NCBI GenBank assembly: GCA_002633005.1
Contig: NMRA01000885.1
Location: 33,842-97,841 of the forward strand
DNA from: Phoronis australis
Lineage: Eukaryota > Animalia > Phoronida
Direction: 5' to 3'
Length of the DNA stretch: 64,000 bases
The notes beneath the pieces were generated by a model, which was not told the origin of the DNA, did no database searches, and saw only the letters and a list, made by a program, of their open reading frames with translations. This document shows, piece after piece, positions 55,834 to 64,000 of the stretch; position 1 is the first letter of the stretch, and each line of letters opens with the position of its first letter. The position numbers and the translations under genes are program-made.

Positions 55834-58800
55834 CTTTAGAAAGAAACATAAATTTAAATGCAGTACAAAGTGATAAAAGTTTCAACATTAATTTCGGGGT
55901 ACATTGGGTCAGTCCCCTTCATAAACGATAAGTAAATGGACATGTACTTGTCACGTAGTCATGTTCGTTCCCCTCTAATTCCCCGTGGGTATGTATTTCG
56001 CAAGCTATTCGTAACATGCGAGATCCATGCGTAAGGGCGTCTCATGGCTCGAGCCTGCGGGACGCTACCATTGTTTTCCGTTGTTGCGTCTTAACGTCGC
56101 ACGGATATCGTACCTTGGGCGCCCATCAGCCGGTTACGATATATGCTTACCATTATCTTTATTATAAGAAAGAAAAATAAAATGAACAATAGATACGCCT
56201 ATCTACCGATATGCATGTGACAAGCTTGCTCCCTAGTTCCCGTGGATCCTGGCATTGTCCAATTACACGGATTACTATCAAGCGACCTCATCAACAGCCC
56301 CCCCCCCCCTTCTTCCTTTTTTATTGCTTCAAAATGTAGCTGACGCCAGTAGTGATAGAAATAAATGACATCGTTTTTGTTAGACGAGAAGCGCAGAGCA
56401 TTGTTGAGAAAAATCGCCACATGGTGAACAGTATAGATTACAATTTCTGGAAATTCAAAAATACGTCTAACTGAGATTACAACGTTTAATATCAAAGGAC
56501 GTAGCCTGGTGTCTTGGGAGTCATAAGTAGGGTACAGGTGGGGGCCGCTCACTCAAAGTGTCATCAACTAACATTGCAAACAAGAACTTCGCCCAGTATT
56601 CAAATACATTCAAGTTTGTGGTCAGTGTGTGCGGGACTGGTTAGCAATCAATGGATATGTCGTAATAACCTCAGCGGCAGCTTGGCGGATTACCTCGAAC
56701 AGGAAAACTGTATTTCTTGTCGCTCCGTATCAAATAATTACGCAGGAGCCCAAGGTGTCGTTAAACAATTTATGGAGCGAATCACTCGAGCGCAGTGTGA
56801 CGTAAACGAAAAGCCAGGCCCGTAGGAAGGCAAAAATTATTGGCGGTGGGGACAAAAACCATTTCGATTTCGCCAAACTATCCACCCCCACCGCCCCCGT
56901 GCTCCCGTTGCCATCCTATTTGTACCGAATCTCCTATGTCCGCCCTAGGTGGGGGGCAATCCCGGGAATGCAACCATTTGAGTAACCGGAGAGTAAGAAT
57001 TGGCCTAGGACCAGTGCACCGAAGGGTAGCAAGGACTGCCTCAAGTAACTGTAGATGAGATCTAACAGTGTGAAAATACGAAATTCTCGATGAACTAAAG
57101 CTAGTCGCTGATCATCTCAGTTAGATTCACTTGAGACAGGCAGCTTAGCTCGTACATATCCGTCTGCGCTGGCTCTATGGTCGAGATTCGTTTCGTTATG
57201 ATCCAGTTTCGGGAAAGGTTTATTTCATTTTGGTCATTCTTTGAATGTGTTTTTTGAAAAAGTGAGATCCGAGGTCCCTGGTATAGTGCCTCTGGGGTTG
57301 TTTCAAAGCCCTCGTTGAAACACAACCAACATTCATTAATATCATTGAGACTTACGTGGGGATCTGATGATAGATCGAATTTTCCCAATGTCAGCCTGCA
57401 GCTAAGTTCACTGAAGCATAGTCATTTCTTAAAAGATACACTTCTAATTGGCAAAAAATCATCTACAATCAGTCGATTTTTGAAGATACATAAACATGTA
57501 AATCAGCAATCAACAATCGATTCCATGAGCAATGTGTTTACTTTGATTTAATGACCCATTTTCGTATTTGAATTGTGACTATATTTTTGGAAATTGTTCG
57601 AAATCCATCAATGTCTCAGCGTTATTCTAGATAGGCAATAATCGTCTAAGTGTACAGGTTCCTAGGTGTACTTTACTATTTGGGGATGGGGTTATAGTTT
57701 CTCCAATATTTGCTGCCACTAAATTCACTAAAATAACATAAATTCCTACAAGATTAAGTTAATCAGAAACCAACGAATGTGTTTATCAAAACGGAAATTC
57801 ATAAGCAAATACCGTATGCATGCTTGCAGACTTTTGACGGGTAACCGGGGAATATGGGAGATGGGGAATTCGTATTAAGCTGTATTTTGCTCATTTCAAA
57901 CCTACCTATAACATGAACTTCACTAACAAAGAACGCTGAAATGTTTGTTTATAATTGCGAAAATTCTTTGAGTACCCCCGTTCGACATGTACAGGGCGTT
58001 CACGAATAGTAGCCTCGACAGCAGTGTTTTTCCACATATGGGAATTCCTTACAAACAACTCATAGTAACCATCTTCAAAAGAGACACTAATCTTGTGATA
58101 CTATGAGAAACAGAAACACTATTTTATAACTAACCATCGGAAATAGCCATTTTGCTTAATTCACATATAGTGAACTTCACGTTCTTCGATGGCGGTCAAT
58201 GCTATTGCATTTTTTACATTTTTGGTTGTTTGCGTCGAATGTCTTTATACTGCTGAGCTGCGTACAGATGTTTTGTGGTTTTTGATGAATTTGGAATCTC
58301 AAGTTCCCTCTTCATTACTTGGCAGTGTTGGATTTACACGTATAGAGGCGCAAAGGGACATTGTCCACGAACTGCTCCATGGAGAAGGGGTCCCGTCTGA
58401 AATGGGACACTATAAGATAAAAGTCTAAACATCATTAAGCTTGGAAAAGTGTGACAGTTCATACCACTGTTGAGTGGTCACAAGACGGTGCAGGAAGTGA
58501 CCTTGTTTAACATGAAAGCCGATTGCACGATTTCACAAAGAATGGAAAATAGAGGTAACCGATTCCTCTCTCCGTGAGCGACCCCTTGCGAAGTTGCCAA
58601 TAAAGACACAAAAACTGTGGCCACTTGAATGTCATCAATGGCTTCTTTTAAGGGCGAGGACCCTAAATATGAAAATATCTATATTTTCGAAATCAGGAAA
58701 TGTGCTGCAATTGATGTTATCTGTCAGGTGATAAATTGTTCTCAAGTGATATACGATTTCGAGAAAAAAATAACGCGACAGATGTGTCCGTTATCCCTTG

Positions 58801-59199
58801 CCAAACAGGGGCCTCTGGAAATAAAATAGTTTTGCATTCGCAAAATTCGGTTTTATTGAATTAAAAAATCGAGTAAATCAATACGCTCCGCAAAAGCTTC
58901 GCTTCACAAATTTTCTCGATTTTTCGAAATATATGTATGAGTGATTACGTGCACGTTTCCACGTGCATTTAGACGACCTGTGCTGCGAAAGCGGAGACCT
59001 CAACAACAATGTCCTGGACACGGTCCTCAAAAGGTACACCAGGCACTGCTGATACAGAGTTGTTATAGACCGGGATCCCAGAGCTTTTTTGGGTACGAAA
59101 ATTTAACCAATTTTCTTTGGTGCCGGCACAGCGGTCTATGGGTATCCTGATGCTTGGAAATGGCCATCTGGCAGGTTCGCTCTGGTGGGTGTGGTCAGG

Positions 59200-60170
59200 G
59201 GAGCCAAGAGAATGACACTAAAAAATTGAGCTAGATCAAGTTTTCTGGTAACCACTTCAAACTGCCTCGGATACCTACTAAGTAATCCACTGTATCAAAA
59301 TTGGTCATTGCCAGACAATTTCAGGGGTGGGGAGTATTAGCCAGTCGGTTATAAACAAGGTGAAAAAATTGAGCTAGATCAATCCAAGAGGTAACCGCGT
59401 AAAACCAGTTGCAAAATATTCACCGTGAGCCCAGATATCACGAATGAACACTGCCAGACAAATATAGTGGTGGGTTAGCCCCGCCAGACACGACCAAATA
59501 CTCGAGTTGAGCTAGATCAACCCTCCAGGTAGCATCACTGTAAATTGCACAACTGTTAGATGCCAGACAATTTCAGTGGTGGGGTGCCCCTGCTAGACGT
59601 TTATCAAAAAGGATGAAAAATTGAGCTAGATCAACCCGAGAGGTAACCGCTTATAACCAGTTCCAAAATAGTCACCGTAAGCCCAGGTACCACGAATAAA
59701 CACTGCCAGACAAATATAGTGGTGGGTTAGCCCCGCCAGACACGTCCAAATACCTGTGAGTTGAGCTAGATCAACCCACGAGGTAACCGTTTGAAACCAA
59801 CTGCACGATGCTCAGCATCAGTGCACATCGTGTAACAGTTAGATGCCAGACAATTTCAGTGGTGGGGTGTCCCTGCCAGACGACTAAAGAAGGGATAAAA
59901 TTTCAGGTAAAACAACCCAAGAGGTAACCGCATGCAACTAGTTGCAAAATATTCTACGTAAGCCCATGTAACATGAATAAACACAGCGAGACAAGTCTAG
60001 TTGTGGATTAGTCCCGCCACACACGATCAAATATCTGAGTTCAACAGATTTACCCGCCAGGTAACCGTTTGAAACCATTTGCATAATGTTGAGCAACATT
60101 CTGCATGCAACAAAAGGTACTTTACAGACATTTTAGCGGTGGGGCAGTAGCATGCAGAGGTTAGGTCGAT
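59200..60170. repeat. Diverged tandem repeat array, 114-143 bp subunits with an apparent ~250-bp dimer
   Basis: GAGCTAGATCAA near 59228, 59371, 59509, 59623, 59763, each followed by GGTAACC/GGTAGC and GCCAGACAA motifs. Confidence 0.8.
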
Positions 60171-61885
60171 GAGGGGCAACTTTTTATTTGACCTCCCTAT
60201 CTCTCTACTCAAATGCATATATCCTATTCAAGTCCGTAGCCAGCATTGAGCGGGGGGTGGTTCGAATTTCAAAAACGGTGGACCTTTGGTATTTTGCAAA
60301 CGTCGACACTGTAAAAACTTCGGTAAGGCGTTTGAATGAGCTTAATTAGGGTGAAGAGAACATTCTCACATAATCTCCTGTCAAAGTTTCACATCAGCCA
60401 TTCTTAAATGAATGTTTACACCTCATTGCATACTCAAACGGTAATATGAAGTCTAGTTGGCGAATGACTTCACAAAATTGTTCATCTGGTTGTATTTTAG
60501 CGTGTTACTCAAGTTGCTTACATCGCTGAAATGGGAATGTCCTACTATTTTGAAGGTTCACTAGTTCGACGATTCACCAATCCGAAGATTCACCGCCCCA
60601 AAAATATCTAAACTTTCAAACTCAGATGTGACTTTTAAACTTTTACAGGCAAAAATAAACGATATTTCGGTTATTAGCTGCACCTACTTGTATACGGAAA
60701 ACAACATCCGAGCCCTAAAACACTCTGTTTGGATTCCATGTAGACAGTGACCACCGTCTCCAGCTGGCCAGAACAACTAGAAACCGTAGTCAGATTTCAT
60801 GTGCATGCGAAATTACCCGCATGTCTTAAAAAGAGTACGCACTTGCATTTTAAAATAACACGAAGTAGGAATACTGTTGGATTATCAACCATGACACAAT
60901 TCATCAACTCCATGTCAAGACCGTATGGCAGCGCGACGCACACGGTCAGGTCAAAACTAAATGAAGTTACTAGCCCACCCTGCCATAGCCACTTCTCACG
61001 AAATCAGGGAGTCCTATTTAGTCTTCTTAAATTTGAAACCGTCATTGGTCGCCGTAGCCGTGCCCCAGATGTTGCCTCTGCTTGAAAATGAGTCGTGATC
61101 ACAGAATCAGTGTAGTGAACTGTCGGAGTTATGGGCCCAGTCTCGAATTTTTTTACTCGAAATGGAATTCGAAATTATGTTTGGCATTTTTTACTCTACT
61201 TTAGTGCGAACTCAAGATAAGTGTCTATTACTGTATATGCTCGAGAACATAATGACTTACGTGGATGATTTATTAGTCCTAGTTTGCAATTGACAAATCC
61301 ATCATTAAAGCTAAAAGTTCGAGTTTGAACTCGAAATTTCATGTTTTTACTCGAGGTTGTAGCACGAATATAAGGGTTTTTAGGTGCAAACTTGGACTAG
61401 AAAGTCATATGCGTAAACTATAATTATTCGAGCACAGTCTCATAACCACTTATCTTGAGTTACCCCAAACGGAGCAGAGATATTGCCAAAAATAATTTCA
61501 AGTTTGTTTCGAGCACAACGATTGGAGACCGAGCCGTGGTTTTGGAATAGTGGAAATTCAAAGAAGTGAATTTTAGAAGATCACGAAGCTTCGGAGTAAT
61601 GGGCGTTTGGAGTACTGGACCTTCGGAGTATTGAACCTTCGTCATAGTGAAATGGAACCTTGGAAATCTTTTCCATCAAGTTTGTAGCTCGTGCGAAGTC
61701 TGCAGGGTTGTGCACAATTGCCATCGATTGATTACAGAAGATTTTCATTGACCAAAGTTGAGGTCTACACCTACTTTTCCATCATAACACGAAAATGCTC
61801 AACGGTGTACTCTGACTCCAGAAAACACGGTAGTTGAGTGTCTGTTTTTTTTAAAACGACGGAGGACTGCCTATAATGAACTTAC

Positions 61886-61897
61886 CGTCAGCGTGTA
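61886..61897 (-). CDS. Candidate 12-nt phase 1-1 micro-exon of the ZP gene (xHAD)
   Basis: ttttcttttaaattcag|TACACGCTGACG|GTAAGT; in frame with 55833, giving HADGTYIC. Confidence 0.35.
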
Positions 61898-62469
61898 CTG
61901 AATTTAAAAGAAAACCGTTCAGGCATTCATGTCAATCCACCAATCCACAATCAAAGCGGACACTGGATGAACAACATATTTGGATTTTTGACGATCACTT
62001 TCAATTCAAAATTTGAAAATGCTTACACCACTACAGTACTATGATTGCAATTAAAACCAAAATAGCAGAATACCAAATCTCAATTTTCTGCTGTTTTGTT
62101 TCTTGGCCGAGTTTTAGACATTCAAATCGCACTACTTTTGGGAGCTCTCTCAATGCTATATACAAAACATGCATGTTACTTACTAAGGTTGTAGGGCTAG
62201 ACTTTTATGCTTAAATTCACATCTGGACTCACCTGTTACCCTTTGGTGTAGCCACCACGCGCATGGTTTATGAATTACATAAAGCCTCCTCTTATCATAT
62301 GCGCGATCCAGTCATCTACAAACAGCGGCACTCGGGCGAAGTTTGCCGAGTACGGCCCGATGACATGTGAAGCGCTTTGAATCAGAGGCAAATTCAAAAT
62401 TATTACTAACTTAATTATCATTGTAGTTAGTAGTATAAGAATCAAAAAATCTATTACTGGACTTACGGT

Positions 62470-62760
62470 ACGTGGAGATGGCTACAGTACGTTGCGTCCT
62501 CCTCTCGAGGACTTCATCAGGTCACTGAGTTGTCACGTGACTTGTCATGTGATCTGTCGTACAGTTTCCGCGGGATTCTCTTCAGCGCCCTATCCCATGT
62601 CCTAGGTAAGTGAACCCCCCCCCCGTCTGTTGAGGCTAGGATTCTCAATTCTTTCGTAGATAGCTTCTTTGACCCCTCTCCGAAACCAATTTTCTTCTCT
62701 ATCCACGATCTTCACATCTTCCATGGCGAAAGAGTGGTCTGTGGAAGCCATGTGACTAAA
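62470..62760 (-). mobile_element. Penelope-like element 3' end (GIY-YIG C-terminus + pLTR start)
   Basis: HMASTDHSFAMEDVKIVDREENWFRRGVKEAIYERIENPSLNRRGG, then a CTGATGA-hairpin motif. Confidence 0.8.
62484..62526 (-). ncRNA. Degenerate minimal hammerhead ribozyme motif of the Penelope pLTR
   Basis: CUGAUGA-a-GUCCUC(gagag)GAGGAC-GCAAC-GU; the core GAAA reads GCAA. Confidence 0.5.
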
Positions 62761-62859
62761 AACTGCAGAATCATAGCAGTCCCCATAACTGGAACTCTGA
62801 TGTTGGTTGAAACGACTTTCCAGGGCTTGGAGAACAGCATATCAAACATAAACAATACG

Positions 62860-63170
62860 GACTGTTCCAAAGAGAGGTCAACAACCGTTCTACTGATATT
62901 CTTTCTCGTACGTAGCACTGAGAGCGCACCGTTTTCCAGCACTTCACGTAATTTAAATTTGGGCCTGCGGATTTCAACTTTTGGTAAAACAATGTTCCCC
63001 ATCTGGCGTAGTTTGGTCGGTTCTGGGCAAAGAATACATCTAGCAAAGTCGGGAAAATGTTGATATAGCCACTGACGTCATTGTTTTTGTCGCATCTCCT
63101 GAGTTCTCTCTGGGCTCGGTTTGGAGATTGCCCAAAACTGATCAGTTTTACCAAATTTGCCATTAATCAC
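62860..63170 (-). mobile_element. DNA-transposon transposase fragment (possibly Academ-like), frameshifted
   Basis: FFAQNRPNYARWG..Y...L / LREVLENGALSVLRT....SR..VDLSLEQ; superfamily uncertain. Confidence 0.55.
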
Positions 63171-63192
63171 TGTGTAAAATGCAGGTAGTTGG

Positions 63193-63321
63193 CAGGGGCG
63201 GATCCAGGATTTTGAGTTGGGGGGGCAGGGAACAGTATTAGCCAGGATTTTGCCTGTCAGACATTCACACTGCTAGGTGGACTCTTATACAATTTTAGGC
63301 CCCTCTTTAAATCCGCCACTG
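63193..63321. mobile_element. MITE with TIRs CAGGGGCGGAT...ATCCGCCACTG and 5-bp TSD GTTGG
   Basis: GTTGG at 63188-63192 and 63322-63326. Confidence 0.7.
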
Positions 63322-64000
63322 GTTGGCGCGCATACATAACGCAGAAGACAGCAAAAGACGGCATTTTGATTATTATTCCTTTTAGAACTTGCATCAAATG
63401 ACTCGTCCGAAAACAGAGGGACGCAGCTTAGACTGGTAAAATGGGACAACGACAAATCGAAATTCGTGCAACACAATGTGATATCCGTCTCTGACAGGTT
63501 TCTGGGTTTTGTTTTAAATAGTGAGATTTATGGCACTCTGACATAAATCCTATTATTTGGGCAAATACCATTATAGAGCCCTTCACGCTTCATATCCAAC
63601 TGCTGGTTAGTTCCTACCAAGTCCGATGGTTGCGCTGTTTGTTCTTTCTCTCCAGCTTCCTGTTGGCCCAGCCTCAAGCAACAGTACATTCACTCGTAAG
63701 TTTTCCTAATTAGACAAGTTTATACCTCTCCCGCCCTCCCTACCCGGGGTACCACAAAATTTCACGTCAACCGTTTTCTACCTTTACCACGCTCCATCCC
63801 TTTTGCCGAACAAAATCTGCTGTTGGTTATTGTTGTTTTTACAGCCACTGCTGGTACCTTCTTCAAGCCCGGAGCGTGTTACCGTCAGGCAAGAACCGAC
63901 GTCATTGGCTAGCGACCAGACCTGTACTTGAGCGTCCATTACTGCAGCTTGCTTCTCTCCACCCCGGTCACAGCTCTCGGCACATACTGAGCCACAACAC

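Noticed and set aside
58189-58428. Signal-peptide-like ORF (MAVNAIAFFTFLVVC)
   Set aside because: On the opposite strand to the ZP gene; no domain or splice support.
59200-60170. CRISPR-like array
   Set aside because: Eukaryotic context, spacers homologous to each other, no cas genes.

Overview
AT-rich, intron-containing animal DNA (invertebrate, probably lophotrochozoan-like; species not determinable) with one 983-N gap and several single-N joins. The left half (~0.3-33.1 kb) is an old ~16.5 kb tandem duplication whose two units carry different, splice-compatible (all phase-1) protein modules on the minus strand. Unit 1 reconstructs as an intact 6-exon gene: signal peptide + coiled coil + linker micro-exon + fibrinogen-related domain (FReD), 587 aa, angiopoietin-like architecture. 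Unit 2 holds an intact signal peptide + PAN/apple + FReD gene (326 aa, own TATA box) and a coiled-coil + linker + single-exon olfactomedin gene whose first coding exon is 5'-truncated and inverted. Complementary CDKL5-like kinase pseudo-exons lie antisense in both units. The simplest reading is that the unit-1 gene is a chimera: the stalk of a coiled-coil/olfactomedin gene joined to the FReD head of a PAN-FReD gene. The right half (39.5-55.8 kb) contains a multi-exon zona pellucida (ZP)-module membrane protein with a furin site, TM helix and NPxY tail, an apparent loss of the ZP-C C5-C7 cysteine pair, and a 1-nt excess in a G8 run. The rest is transposon debris (HERO, L1/Tx1, RTE, Penelope, a solo LTR, MITEs, Helentron-like repeat arrays), tandem repeats and probable haplotype-duplication artefacts. 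All gene models were built by eye from GT-AG sites and frame/phase arithmetic; there is no expression or database evidence.
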